Positions 19,212-29,176 of a stretch of 64,000 nucleotides of DNA are shown piece after piece. A model generated the notes under the pieces. It ran no database searches and had not been told where the DNA came from. It saw only the letters and a list, made by a program, of their open reading frames with translations. The DNA is from Candidatus Bathyarchaeum tardum (GTDB lineage Archaea; Thermoproteota; Bathyarchaeia; Bathyarchaeales; Bathyarchaeaceae), in assembly GCA_024650005.2 (NCBI GenBank), contig CP122380.1:1376001-1440000 (forward strand). Reading direction: 5' to 3'. The first letter of the stretch is position 1. Each line of letters opens with the position of its first letter. The translations under genes were made by a program, and so were the position numbers.

Positions 19212-19994
19212 TTAGTTTCCTCCAAATACAGTTTCAACTTTTTCAAAAGCTGAATTCGTCCAAACTGTTAATCGTCCCATGTGAGTTCCTGGCGCCAAAA
19301 GTTCAGCGTTCAAGTTCTCAACAGAAACAACATCCAAACCAGGAAGGTTTCGTGCAGCTTCAGCAACTCCATCGTTTTTTGCTATTACTAACAAAGGACC
19401 AATGGCTTGTTTCATTTTGCGTCCTCGCATTTTTCCTTTTCCTGCTCGGACTTTGCGGCTTTCTTTTACACGGAAAATATCTGCCCATACCCCAAGGTGA
19501 GACAATGTTTCTTCAACTTCTTGGGTTTTTTTTAGACTTTGAATTTCGTCTACAACTACCAACGGGAAGTCTGGGACTTCATCTACCATATGACCTCTAG
19601 CTGATACTGTTTCTTTGGAAGCTGTTGCAGCAACAGCAGAACGTAATGCCAGATTCATTTCTTTTTTCGGCAATTTCTTTTTAATTTTCTTTATAGATTC
19701 TGGAGGATGAGCTGATCGACCACCTACTACTCCAGGAGCAAAAGCTGCCCGTTGCCCTCGTTCTTTAAATCGGGGAACACGAGAAATGCCTAAACCAGCG
19801 TGGCGAGATTCTGCAGTGTTTTTCTTTCCAGCCATTGGGTCTCGGCCTTGAGGCTGATACTTGTGGGACTGGATTGTAACTACTGCACGTTTTACTACAT
19901 CTGGTCTGCTGATTGTGTTGAATATTCGGGGCAGATTAAGTTGGCTGACTTCTTTGCCGTTTAGATCAAATACTTTAGCTGAAATTTTACCCAT
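19212..19994 (-). CDS. rpl4: 50S ribosomal protein uL4
   Basis: QPQGRDPMAGK, RAGKGKMRGR, LAPGTHMGRLTVWT. Confidence 0.97.
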   Translation of the reverse strand: MGKISAKVFDLNGKEVSQLNLPRIFNTISRPDVVKRAVVTIQSHKYQPQGRDPMAGKKNTAESRHAGLGISRVPRFKERGQRAAFAPGVVGGRSAHPPESIKKIKKKLPKKEMNLALRSAVAATASKETVSARGHMVDEVPDFPLVVVDEIQSLKKTQEVEETLSHLGVWADIFRVKESRKVRAGKGKMRGRKMKQAIGPLLVIAKNDGVAEAARNLPGLDVVSVENLNAELLAPGTHMGRLTVWTNSAFEKVETVFGGN

Positions 19995-20008
19995 TGTTTA
20001 TTCACCAA

Positions 20009-21016
20009 TTATTTTTGTGTAGACTCCAAAGAAATGTAAGTAATGTTTGGGGATACTTCAGCAGTTTTAGTTGGAGGACGAGCTGGAAACCGTAATGTTA
20101 CAACACGTTTTGCTGGACCTGGAAGGCTGCCATCAACTAGTAAGTAAGTTCCTTTAACTTCTCCATACCTTACAAAACCGCCTTTTGGAGTAATTTCTTT
20201 TCCGTCAATTCCAATTTTTAGGATACGTTTATTGTATTCTGTTCTTTGGTGGTAACCCATCTGTCCAGACCGGGGAACACTGTAAAGTACTCGGGCAGGT
20301 TTCCATGGAGCAATTGCTGCAACAGCTCGTTTTCCTTTTCTGGATTTACGGGGCAAAATGTTGACGCCCCAGCGTTTTACTGGTCCTTGGAATCCTTTGC
20401 CTTTTGTTATTGCTATTGCGTCCATGAATTGTCCTTCTTTAAAGATGTCTGTTACTGAAACAGTTTTTCCGAGTAAACCTTTTGCGTAATCAAACTGTTC
20501 TTGGATTGAACCGCCATCAACCTTGATTTCTGCGGAGTCAGGTTTTTTCTTTGGCACAGATGCAAGGCGGGGTTGTGTTGCTACTAGAACGCGGATTTCT
20601 GCAATTTTTTCGAGGTTTTCTTCAATTTGTAAGAGTTTTTCCACGGTTTTGAATTCTTCAGGCAACACAAACGCTCGTTCAAAATCTTTGGGCGGATTTT
20701 GCATCCATGCTTCCGTGAAAGTGTGTAGACCATATTGGTCTTTTGTGTAAGTGCGAATTGCATACACAATTACGGGGGGAACTTCCAATATTGTTGCTGG
20801 ATGAGAAGTTTCTTTTCCCATATGTAGGGAGCCGGGTTTGTCCTCTATCATGTTGATGTGAGTCATTCCAGCTTTGTAACCCATGAAACCGAGCATTGTC
20901 GGTCCTTCTTCTACTTTAGGCCAGAAACGGATTCTTCCTACCGTTCGTTTGGCACGGCCTCTTGGTAAATACGCTAATGAACCATGCTTAGGCGCAGACT
21001 TTTTTCTATGACCCAT
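20009..21016 (-). CDS. rpl3: 50S ribosomal protein uL3
   Basis: GYKAGMTH, TKGKGFQGPVKRWG, GQMGYHQRTEYNK. Confidence 0.97.
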   Translation of the reverse strand: MGHRKKSAPKHGSLAYLPRGRAKRTVGRIRFWPKVEEGPTMLGFMGYKAGMTHINMIEDKPGSLHMGKETSHPATILEVPPVIVYAIRTYTKDQYGLHTFTEAWMQNPPKDFERAFVLPEEFKTVEKLLQIEENLEKIAEIRVLVATQPRLASVPKKKPDSAEIKVDGGSIQEQFDYAKGLLGKTVSVTDIFKEGQFMDAIAITKGKGFQGPVKRWGVNILPRKSRKGKRAVAAIAPWKPARVLYSVPRSGQMGYHQRTEYNKRILKIGIDGKEITPKGGFVRYGEVKGTYLLVDGSLPGPAKRVVTLRFPARPPTKTAEVSPNITYISLESTQK

Positions 21017-21166
21017 GCTAATATCCTTCTTGTGTTTTAGTTACAGTTCGTCTTTTCCAATAATAACGTCAGGTTATAAACTTTATCTATTCGGTGGATA
21101 TATCGCCACTGTTTTACCGATTTTTTGCACCCTTCCCCCTTTTTTATTTAATTAGGAGACTCTAAA

Positions 21167-21391
21167 ATGGGACAGGAAAAAGAATTAACAATACTAATTG
21201 TTTGTTTATTCTTTGGACTTTTGGTAGTTGGTGCAGTTCTTAACAATATCAACACGCCATTAAACACCGAAGGCTTACTGTTCAGTATGGGGATAGAAAC
21301 AGCAGGTTCTAGCATATATCATAGCTTTGTTTTTTTAGTGCTATTGTGGTATTACGTGGCATTGTATTTTTCATTTGTTATTTTTATCTAA
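21167..21391 (+). CDS. small hydrophobic hypothetical membrane protein
   Basis: AGGAG SD before ATG; two hydrophobic segments. Confidence 0.5.
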   Translation: MGQEKELTILIVCLFFGLLVVGAVLNNINTPLNTEGLLFSMGIETAGSSIYHSFVFLVLLWYYVALYFSFVIFI

Positions 21392-21724
21392 ACAGATATG
21401 CAGACTATTTACAGACAAATACACAGCGAAATTCTTACGGCTAACGGCTGACACACATTAATTAATTATAGAAAGCAAAAATCGCTTAAGTTTTGCTTCT
21501 TTTTGCCCTAAAAACAATTATGCTTCTTAATAGAGCAAACCACAAAAATTTTTGTAGAAAATGGCACATCTTTATAAGGGCTTCAATAAAAAGAGATGGC
21601 GAAAAACAAGACACGGAGTAAAAAACCAAAATAAGCTGAAAATAGATACTGTCGAAATAGAAAATCCATTAAAACAAGGATTGAACAAGATCGTCATAAT
21701 TTCAAACCAATTTAGTTTGGCATA

Positions 21725-22603
21725 TTAATCAGGTTGGTTTTTGGTTTTTGAATTTAAAAGGTCAAGAATTTGTTTTCTTGCTTGACCGATTGTAAGAGGA
21801 AGAGGGCCATCAATTGGAAGTTTGTCTTCGTTGCATAAAATTTCAAAAAGATGGGTAAGGCGAGGTGACCGCAAATTAACATCCCGTATAAGTTTAGTGT
21901 TAGAAAAGATTTCGTTAGGTGAGCCTTCGACTACAATCTTGCTTTTACTAAGAATGCAAACTTTGTTAGCAAACAAAGGAACCATATCCACGTCATGGGT
22001 GGCCATTATCAAAGTTATTCCTGATTCTTTGTTTAATTTTAATAGCAAATGCAAAATCTCACTAGATGCCCGTGGATCCAAATTAGAGGTAGGCTCATCC
22101 ATTACAATAACTTCAGGATGCATTGCAAGTACTCCTGCCAAAGCAACCCGTTTTTTTTGTCCTAAACTCAGAAAATGGGGGGGTTTTTCAGCAAATTTGG
22201 TCATGCCCACAATTTCAAGGGCTTCCTTAACAGAAGTTTTAATTTCGTCCGGAGACATTCTGAGATTCAAAGGACCAAAGGCTACATCTTGTTTTACTGT
22301 TGGAGCAAACAGTTGGTCGTTTGGGTCCTGAAAAACGTATCCTACACGTTTTCGTAGTTTGCGTAACGAATCCGACTTGTAGTCTAATGGAGTGTCTTCA
22401 AAGTAAACGGTTCCAGATGTTGGTTCCAGTATTCCATTTAGATGAAGAAGCAATGTTGTTTTTCCTGAACCGTTGGTGCCTAGAAGGGCAGTTCGGTCAC
22501 CTTTGGGAAAGCAGGTTGTTGCATCGTTGAGGGCAAGGGTTCCGTCGTCGTATTTGTGGGAAACATTTTCTAAACGAAAGGACATTAGGTTATCAAACTC
22601 CAT
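21725..22603 (-). CDS. cbiO: cobalt ECF transporter ATPase
   Basis: GTNGSGKT, VFQDPNDQLF, LSLGQKKRVA, MDEPT; in the cbiMNQ operon. Confidence 0.92.
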   Translation of the reverse strand: MEFDNLMSFRLENVSHKYDDGTLALNDATTCFPKGDRTALLGTNGSGKTTLLLHLNGILEPTSGTVYFEDTPLDYKSDSLRKLRKRVGYVFQDPNDQLFAPTVKQDVAFGPLNLRMSPDEIKTSVKEALEIVGMTKFAEKPPHFLSLGQKKRVALAGVLAMHPEVIVMDEPTSNLDPRASSEILHLLLKLNKESGITLIMATHDVDMVPLFANKVCILSKSKIVVEGSPNEIFSNTKLIRDVNLRSPRLTHLFEILCNEDKLPIDGPLPLTIGQARKQILDLLNSKTKNQPD

Positions 22604-23388
22604 CCCGATGCAGTTAAAACTGATGCCAGTATCAAGAAAACGTCAAAAAAAAGTATTCCGATAACCAACCAAAGCCTTGGATTAGGTAAGTCGTCTAGGA
22701 TTTGGATTTCTCCGTCATAGCCTCGGGCGCTCATCGCTGTGAAGGTGCGTTCTCCTTGTTCCAAAGTTCTAATGAACAGGTTTCCCGCGAGCAGGGCTGT
22801 TGATTTGATTTTGCTGATCCAGTTTGTGTTCCCAAGGCGCATCTCTTGAGCGGTGTTCATTTGAGATGCAATTTCAAGCAAAAGAAAGATGTAACGGTAA
22901 ATCAAAAGGGACATTTCAATCAAAATCTGAGGAACATGGATTCTTCTGAGCAAGATCAGAATGTCAGTTATGGGAGTAGTTAAAACAAGAAAATATAAGC
23001 AAGAAATCCCTCCTGCAACCCGCAGAAAGGTTGCTACAGCCATTGTAACGCCACTTTTGAAGATTGTCCAACTGAACCATGGAGTAGCAATTTCCATTAA
23101 TGACTCACCGTAACCAAAGAAAAGGGCAATCAATACACAACTTAATAGAGCAGTTGCAAGGGGGTACAACAACATTTTCCAATAAAAATGAGCAGGGATT
23201 TTGGCATACAACAAAAGCAATGCTAAATTTATGAAAAAAACAAAAAACGGTATTATTGGAGATGGAGACGCTACAGAGATTACCAGAACAGAAAGGGCAA
23301 ACAAGAGTTTAGTTGCAGGTGAAGTTTTAGCTAAATTATTAGTGTACGCGTATCTGTCAACGCGTGCGCCTATTTGACCGAACTGCAT
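22585..23388 (-). CDS. cbiQ: cobalt ECF transporter T component
   Basis: YRYIFLL, AQEMRLG, AMSARGYDG. Confidence 0.92.
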   Translation of the reverse strand: MQFGQIGARVDRYAYTNNLAKTSPATKLLFALSVLVISVASPSPIIPFFVFFINLALLLLYAKIPAHFYWKMLLYPLATALLSCVLIALFFGYGESLMEIATPWFSWTIFKSGVTMAVATFLRVAGGISCLYFLVLTTPITDILILLRRIHVPQILIEMSLLIYRYIFLLLEIASQMNTAQEMRLGNTNWISKIKSTALLAGNLFIRTLEQGERTFTAMSARGYDGEIQILDDLPNPRLWLVIGILFFDVFLILASVLTASGWSLIT

Positions 23389-23415
23389 AGCCTATATTCT
23401 CAGAGGTATAGATAT

Positions 23416-23697
23416 TTAATCTGTGTCTTCCCGTGGGGCGCGTTTCCCTTTTTCGTAGCCAATGAAATATCCAATTATTATTGCACCTATTGCTGCTTGG
23501 GTTACAAACAACAGGCTTTCAATTTCGCCACTTGGAGGTTCCCAAATGGATTCAAACCAAGGTTCGTAACCTGTTTCTAAAATTAGGTCTTCTGCTGCTC
23601 CGTCAGCTCCGCCGTATTCTGCGTTTGGGACTAAGATTAAAGGTACAAGAACTAATGCAACAACAGCTGCTAGCATGATGATGTGTTTGGTTTCCAT
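23416..23697 (-). CDS. cbiN: cobalt transport protein CbiN
   Basis: GGADG, YEPWFESIWEPPSGEIESLLF motif. Confidence 0.93.
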   Translation of the reverse strand: METKHIIMLAAVVALVLVPLILVPNAEYGGADGAAEDLILETGYEPWFESIWEPPSGEIESLLFVTQAAIGAIIIGYFIGYEKGKRAPREDTD

Positions 23698-23700
23698 TGT

Positions 23701-24384
23701 TTAGTTTCCTCGCGTTAGGGCTGAGGGCAAGTTAACTGCCCCTATTGTATTCAAAAGTTTTCCTTTGTACTTCACTAAGAAGTCAAATAAGAAGACTGCC
23801 AATATTCCTTCAGCAATTGCTAAAGGAATTTGTGTTACAGCAAATACGGTTCCAAACTTTGCAAAGGCATCCAAGAAACCAGCAGCTGTAGGAAAAGCCA
23901 AAGCAAGCTGTACTGAAGTCGCAACGTATGTTAACAGGTTACCTAATGCAACTGCAAGAAATACTCCAAAGGAACTAGGTACCTTTGCTTTTTTGCAGAT
24001 TACCCAAGTTCCATAGGCTACAACTGGTCCAACAATTCCCATTGAAACTACGTTAGCACCTAATGTGGTCAAACCGCCATGGGCAAGAAGCAGGGCTTGG
24101 AACACTAATACTAGCATTGAAAGAACCGCTGCGATTGCGGGTCCAAAGATTACCGCAGCTAAACCTGAACCAGTTGGATGCGAACAGCTACCAGTTACTG
24201 AGGGAAGTTTCAAAGCAGACAAAACAAAGATAAAAGCGCCAACAAGTGCAAGAAGAGGTTTTGTTTTCGGGTTGTTTTTTGTAACAAGGGAGATTCTGTA
24301 AATTCCATATATTACTACGGGTATCATTACTATCGTCCAAAGTTCCCACCAAGGGCTTGGCAGAAAGCCTTCCATAATATGCAT
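23701..24384 (-). CDS. cbiM: cobalt ECF transporter S component
   Basis: N-terminal MHIMEGFLP; LKLPSVTGSCSHPTG; HGGLTTLGAN. Confidence 0.95.
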   Translation of the reverse strand: MHIMEGFLPSPWWELWTIVMIPVVIYGIYRISLVTKNNPKTKPLLALVGAFIFVLSALKLPSVTGSCSHPTGSGLAAVIFGPAIAAVLSMLVLVFQALLLAHGGLTTLGANVVSMGIVGPVVAYGTWVICKKAKVPSSFGVFLAVALGNLLTYVATSVQLALAFPTAAGFLDAFAKFGTVFAVTQIPLAIAEGILAVFLFDFLVKYKGKLLNTIGAVNLPSALTRGN

Positions 24385-24516
24385 AAATTAATCACTGAAC
24401 CCGGATAAGCCATCCAGTTGCATATATAATTTGTTTCAACCAAAGTTTAATAGAAGTTGAATAGAAGCAACAAATGAAAAAATGATTCTTTCCAAAGAAA
24501 ATGTAACTTTAAACCT

Positions 24517-24936
24517 CTAAAGGGATTTTGCTAAATTCACAACCTTACTTTTTATGCGGTCAAACTCTTTTGAAGCTTGTTTGTAAGGCAGCTTATAGGG
24601 ATCGTTGATGTGCCAAACTACAACTTTGTCTACACATTCAGGTGACTGATTCAACACTGCTTGTTCGTGTTCCTCTTCCATTGCAATTATCAAATTATAA
24701 TCAAGTAGATTCTTAGAATCTATATCGTCTGGAACCTTTTTTAAAAAATCTGCCACACCCTCTTGCTCGGCGTATCTTCGGGTCAAATCAACAACTTTGT
24801 AATAAGGATAAGTTCCCGCAGAATCAACGTCAACGTCGGGTCGCAATTTTTTTAGCAAAGCATCAGCTAATGGGCTTCTACAAGCGTTCCCTGAGCAAAC
24901 AAACAGTATTTTCACGTAATGCACCTTCACTTTCAT
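24517..24936 (-). CDS. low-molecular-weight phosphatase / arsenate reductase family
   Basis: P-loop CSGNACRS (CX5R), DSAG, DPY. Confidence 0.88.
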   Translation of the reverse strand: MKVKVHYVKILFVCSGNACRSPLADALLKKLRPDVDVDSAGTYPYYKVVDLTRRYAEQEGVADFLKKVPDDIDSKNLLDYNLIIAMEEEHEQAVLNQSPECVDKVVVWHINDPYKLPYKQASKEFDRIKSKVVNLAKSL

Positions 24937-24990
24937 GTTGTTACTTGCGTGGAATCTTATAAACCCACATTTTGATAAAAATTGGATAGT

Positions 24991-25767
24991 TTAAATTGCT
25001 ATACAGCTAAAAATGTTGTAATGTAACCAAGCCGTGAAATGTTCCATGGAGCAAGTGTAGACTGAAGATTTTTGTCTGAATTGTTGACTTATTTGTTTTT
25101 GAATCTCTTGAATTTGATAAGGAGAAAGACCGTATCTTTCGGTCAATTCAGTAGAGTTAAGTTGGAGTTCAGCTGCTTGGCATATGCTGTACACATGGAA
25201 TCCTACTTGAATTAATATAGATTTTAGGTCATTTGTTGTGGTGTACCATTTTTGGGTGCCCATTAAGTTGTACAGTAAATTCAAGCATTTGGCATCTCTT
25301 TGGTTTTGAAAGCAAGCAGACTGATGAATAAAGATTTCACCTGTTTTAAGTTGATTTCGAATGTGCTGCAATACAGGTTTGAGACCTTTTGCCCCAAAAT
25401 AATGAAGAATCGACCGGGAAATTAACATCAGCCTATTTTCGTTTGGTTGAAGCTGTTCTCTTGTGATTTGCTCAATTGATGTTTGAATGTGTTTTATTCG
25501 ATGGTCTCTAATTTCTGAAAGCTGCAAAGGTGATGTGTCTACATTAACTAATTTTATTGATTCGGGAACCTCTTGTTGGTTTAGGAGCTGTTTTAAGATA
25601 AAACTTGTCCCACCTCCAAGGTCTGCTACCATTTGGGGATGGTTTGTTCGTATTGCTTGTTTGATTACTTCTATAAAGGGAAAAGCTATACTTTGGTCAG
25701 AGAAGTATCCGTTGTGGATGGTTTTCCATTTGTTTCCATAGATCCCATTTTCTTTTGAATTTACGAT
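24991..25767 (-). CDS. class I SAM-dependent methyltransferase (start uncertain; first ATG at 25632)
   Basis: Motif I ADLGGGT, VNVDTS, SRSILHY; frame open upstream to 25803. Confidence 0.75.
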   Translation of the reverse strand: MVNSKENGIYGNKWKTIHNGYFSDQSIAFPFIEVIKQAIRTNHPQMVADLGGGTSFILKQLLNQQEVPESIKLVNVDTSPLQLSEIRDHRIKHIQTSIEQITREQLQPNENRLMLISRSILHYFGAKGLKPVLQHIRNQLKTGEIFIHQSACFQNQRDAKCLNLLYNLMGTQKWYTTTNDLKSILIQVGFHVYSICQAAELQLNSTELTERYGLSPYQIQEIQKQISQQFRQKSSVYTCSMEHFTAWLHYNIFSCIAI

Positions 25768-25803
25768 ATTTGTTCCCTCAATAATTGATTCACAATTTTT
25801 GGT

Positions 25804-26535
25804 TTAAGGCAATATTAAATTGAAGTTGTTTATTTGATCTATTTCTATAGTGGCATTTTCTATGATGAATTCTAACAAGTGTCCGCCAGCAGAATGATCA
25901 TCAGTTATTAAATGGAAATGAAATCCTGCATAATCGATTCCGTCCATGCTGCTTGGGAACCAAAAACCCACTGCGGTTGCGGAAACATTGGTTAAATCAA
26001 AAACTGACTGGTTTTTTACAACATCTGCAATTATTGGATACGGTTTAGTTTGTGCTGGAACGCTTCTAGTTTGGGCATAAAGGCAGTTTCCACTTATTTT
26101 TATTGCATATATCGCATTTTTTTTGGGCATAAAACTTAGAATATTTGTTTGAATTTCAGAATAGTTTACTGGACCAATTAGAGTTTTGGTTTCATCTGCA
26201 TCAAAGAAAGTAACAGTAGCATTTGGAGCAGTCATGTTAGGATCAACCTGTTTAGGGTTTCCATCAAAAGGAATTTGATAAAAGACTCTATCCAATGCAA
26301 TCATTTCTCCATCCAGTTTATCGAATGTACCGATGCCAAAGTCACCATGTTCAGCCAATTCCCGGTAACTCAAATACCCGTCATATTTTCCTGAACAAAA
26401 AGTATTGAATGTTTTAAGTTGAAATAAAGTTTCAGTATCGGGCATTATCTCGTTGTTTGTTTGAATGGACCAAAGCACACAAAAAGCACTTGAAAAAACT
26501 ACAGTTAAAAGAGCCACCCCATCACAAGCAACCAT
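25804..26535 (-). CDS. budA: alpha-acetolactate decarboxylase family protein with N-terminal hydrophobic anchor
   Basis: HGDFGIGTFDKLDGEM, TRSVP, GFHFHLI...GGH Zn ligands. Confidence 0.88.
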   Translation of the reverse strand: MVACDGVALLTVVFSSAFCVLWSIQTNNEIMPDTETLFQLKTFNTFCSGKYDGYLSYRELAEHGDFGIGTFDKLDGEMIALDRVFYQIPFDGNPKQVDPNMTAPNATVTFFDADETKTLIGPVNYSEIQTNILSFMPKKNAIYAIKISGNCLYAQTRSVPAQTKPYPIIADVVKNQSVFDLTNVSATAVGFWFPSSMDGIDYAGFHFHLITDDHSAGGHLLEFIIENATIEIDQINNFNLILP

Positions 26536-26663
26536 CTTTCTTTCAATAATGTCGCCACCAAAATCATGGTTTTATCTGAACAGACATATTCTTTTTATGC
26601 CCAAAAAACTGAATAATATATTAACTTATTTTACAACTATACAATTAAATCTGGTGAACAAAA

Positions 26664-27827
26664 ATGAAAGTGGGCACACTAACATGGGAATATCCTCCAA
26701 GGGTAGTAGGAGGAATAGCCCGCCACTGTGAAGGCTTAGCAAAAGCCCTAGTTAAACAAAAACATGATGTTCACCTGTTTACCCTTGATTTTCCAGGAGC
26801 CCCCAACTACGAAGAAATGGACGGCATCAAAGTATACCGGGCATCAACAGAATTAGGTCACCCGAATTTTCTGACATGGGTATTAATGTTCAATCACTTT
26901 TTGTCAAAACGAATGGCTGACATAACAAAGACAGTTGATTTTGACGTAATGCACATTCATGACTGGCTGGCAGCATTTTCAGGAATCTCCTTTAAACATT
27001 ACCTGAAAAAACCCATTGTGCTTACAATGCACAGCACCGAAGTCGGCAGAGCACAAGGACTCCACAGCCCAGACTCATTTTCTATTAACGGAATAGAATG
27101 GTGGGCAACCTACGAAGCAGATCGCGTAATAGTTTGCAGCCAGTCAATGAAAAACGAAATCTGTGACCACTTTAATCTCCCCCGAGAAAAAGTGGATATT
27201 ATTCCAAACGCCATAGATGCCGCAAATTACGAAATTCCAGTAGACCGTGGAGAAGTAAGAGAACGTTACGGAGTAGGATGGGGTGAAAAACTGATTCTAT
27301 GTGTAGGGCGTTTGGTTCCCCAAAAAGGAGTGGAATATTTCATTCGGGCGATACCCCTTATCGCCAAACGGTATCCAGAAGCAAAATTTATTATCGTAGG
27401 AGAAGGCTGGTCGCGCGACATTCTGGAAGCAGAAGCTCAAGAAAGTGGTCATGGAAACAAGATTGCATTTACGGGTTTTGCTTCAGACAAACAAGTAATC
27501 GAGTTAATGACAAGCGCCGATGTGTTGGTTGTACCTTCTGTTTATGAACCCTTTGGAATTGTAGCCTTAGAAGGAATGGCAACTGGAGTTCCAGTTGTAG
27601 CGAGTCAAGTAGGTGGTTTAGCTGAAGTTATCGACCATGACGAAACTGGAGTTTTTGTTTATCCAAGAAGCCCTGAATCCCTTGCGTGGGGAATTGATAA
27701 AGTGCTTTCTGACCCGGACCATGCTAAATATTTAACTAAGAATGCGAAAGAAAAGCTCCACAAGGCTTATAGTTGGGAAGCAGTAGCTATGAAAACTGTT
27801 GAGGTTTACAAAAAGGTGGTGGAATAA
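26664..27827 (+). CDS. GT4 glycosyltransferase (glycogen synthase-like)
   Basis: WEYPPRVVGG, HDW, GRLVPQKG, YEPFGIVALEGM. Confidence 0.92.
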   Translation: MKVGTLTWEYPPRVVGGIARHCEGLAKALVKQKHDVHLFTLDFPGAPNYEEMDGIKVYRASTELGHPNFLTWVLMFNHFLSKRMADITKTVDFDVMHIHDWLAAFSGISFKHYLKKPIVLTMHSTEVGRAQGLHSPDSFSINGIEWWATYEADRVIVCSQSMKNEICDHFNLPREKVDIIPNAIDAANYEIPVDRGEVRERYGVGWGEKLILCVGRLVPQKGVEYFIRAIPLIAKRYPEAKFIIVGEGWSRDILEAEAQESGHGNKIAFTGFASDKQVIELMTSADVLVVPSVYEPFGIVALEGMATGVPVVASQVGGLAEVIDHDETGVFVYPRSPESLAWGIDKVLSDPDHAKYLTKNAKEKLHKAYSWEAVAMKTVEVYKKVVE

Positions 27828-27828
27828 T

Positions 27829-28104
27829 ATGGGTGAGAACCATTCTTTTCGGTCACAAGCTGACGAGCAGCCCAATCAACTACGCCTTTTAATCATGCTT
27901 CATAACATTGGTGCCACCGAAGAACAAAAAGCGTTGACCATCAACCAAATTGCAGAATGGACACGAATGGACAGTTCAGAACTGCATGTCCATATTCAAA
28001 AACTAATTGAACTCGGGTATGCCCAGCAGTTCCGTTGGGAAGAAACCGACAAATACTATCTAACAACCAACGGCATCAGAAAAGTCCTGAGTTTATACAG
28101 CTAA
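27829..28104 (+). CDS. small winged-helix protein
   Basis: INQIAEWT...IQKLIELGYA...YYLTTNG; translationally coupled to the GT4 gene. Confidence 0.65.
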   Translation: MGENHSFRSQADEQPNQLRLLIMLHNIGATEEQKALTINQIAEWTRMDSSELHVHIQKLIELGYAQQFRWEETDKYYLTTNGIRKVLSLYS

Positions 28105-28108
28105 ATCT

Positions 28109-29155
28109 TTACATCAAGGATTTGTTTTCATATTCAAAAACAGTTTTCAGTTCTTTTGATGCTTCCTCGGGGGAAATTGGATTAATGAATACTCCTGTGC
28201 TTTTTTCTAATCCACCCCATTTTCCTAAGCGTGGGTAAACTTCTAGATGCCAATGATAACAATCTTTTGCATCTTCAGATAATAAAGTATGAAAACCAAA
28301 ATTATATGAGGGGTTATTTAACAAAGAACCTAAACCGCCAAAACATATACGTAAGGTTTTGGCCAAGTCGTTAACTTCATAGCTGGACATATTTGCCATG
28401 TTTGAGTTGTGCCGTTTAGGGATAACCCAAAACTCAAAGGAATGGGTGCTTGCCCACGGAGAAAGAACTACAAAACTGTGGTTTTCCCAAATGAATCGTG
28501 GTCCGTTAATTTCATTTTTTAATAGATTACAAAAGTAGCATTCGTTGTTTTTGTTCCAGTAATTTTTGCTTGCTGTAAGTTCCTCTTGCATAATTGGAGG
28601 AATAAACGGTGTTGTTACAATCTGACTGTGGGGATGCAACAAAGACGCGCCAGATTCGGGTCCATAATTTCTGAATATTGCCACATGTTGCACGTAGGGT
28701 TTCTTTGAAAGAGCGTTTATTCGGTCAATATACGAATTTATTACATGAACAAGTTGTGAAAGTCGAGCAGTTGAAGGATTTTCGTTATGACAAGGGGATT
28801 CAACAATAACTTCATGATGTCCCACTGTAGCATTTGAAGACCCAGAGCATTCATATTGTTCAGCGTTTTTTGGATAATCAACAACAGGATACAAGTTGGG
28901 AATAACACGAAGGATCCAATCTTTGTGGATAAACTCATTAGTGTCTTGTAATTTGTTGATTTTACCCTCTGAAAAAACATAAACTAAAACAGCAGGTGGA
29001 GTTATATGTTCGTTACCAAGACAAAGAGGACAAACACCATTATTTGTTTCAGCATTATTATCGTGAACAAAATCTAGGGGTCGTTTTTTGCGGTCTTTGG
29101 CAATGACAACCAGTCGGTTCAGCAGGTAATCTTTTCTTATTTCGTTGGCGGTCAT
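28109..29155 (-). CDS. galT: galactose-1-phosphate uridylyltransferase (GalT/HIT family)
   Basis: RKKRP, CPLCLGNE, PNLYP, GASLLHPHSQ, HWHLE. Confidence 0.9.
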   Translation of the reverse strand: MTANEIRKDYLLNRLVVIAKDRKKRPLDFVHDNNAETNNGVCPLCLGNEHITPPAVLVYVFSEGKINKLQDTNEFIHKDWILRVIPNLYPVVDYPKNAEQYECSGSSNATVGHHEVIVESPCHNENPSTARLSQLVHVINSYIDRINALSKKPYVQHVAIFRNYGPESGASLLHPHSQIVTTPFIPPIMQEELTASKNYWNKNNECYFCNLLKNEINGPRFIWENHSFVVLSPWASTHSFEFWVIPKRHNSNMANMSSYEVNDLAKTLRICFGGLGSLLNNPSYNFGFHTLLSEDAKDCYHWHLEVYPRLGKWGGLEKSTGVFINPISPEEASKELKTVFEYENKSLM

Positions 29156-29176
29156 AGGATTGTTCCAACTAAAATG

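Noticed and set aside
24385-24516. Cobalamin riboswitch upstream of cbiM
   Set aside because: The leader is short and AT-rich, with no recognisable B12-box
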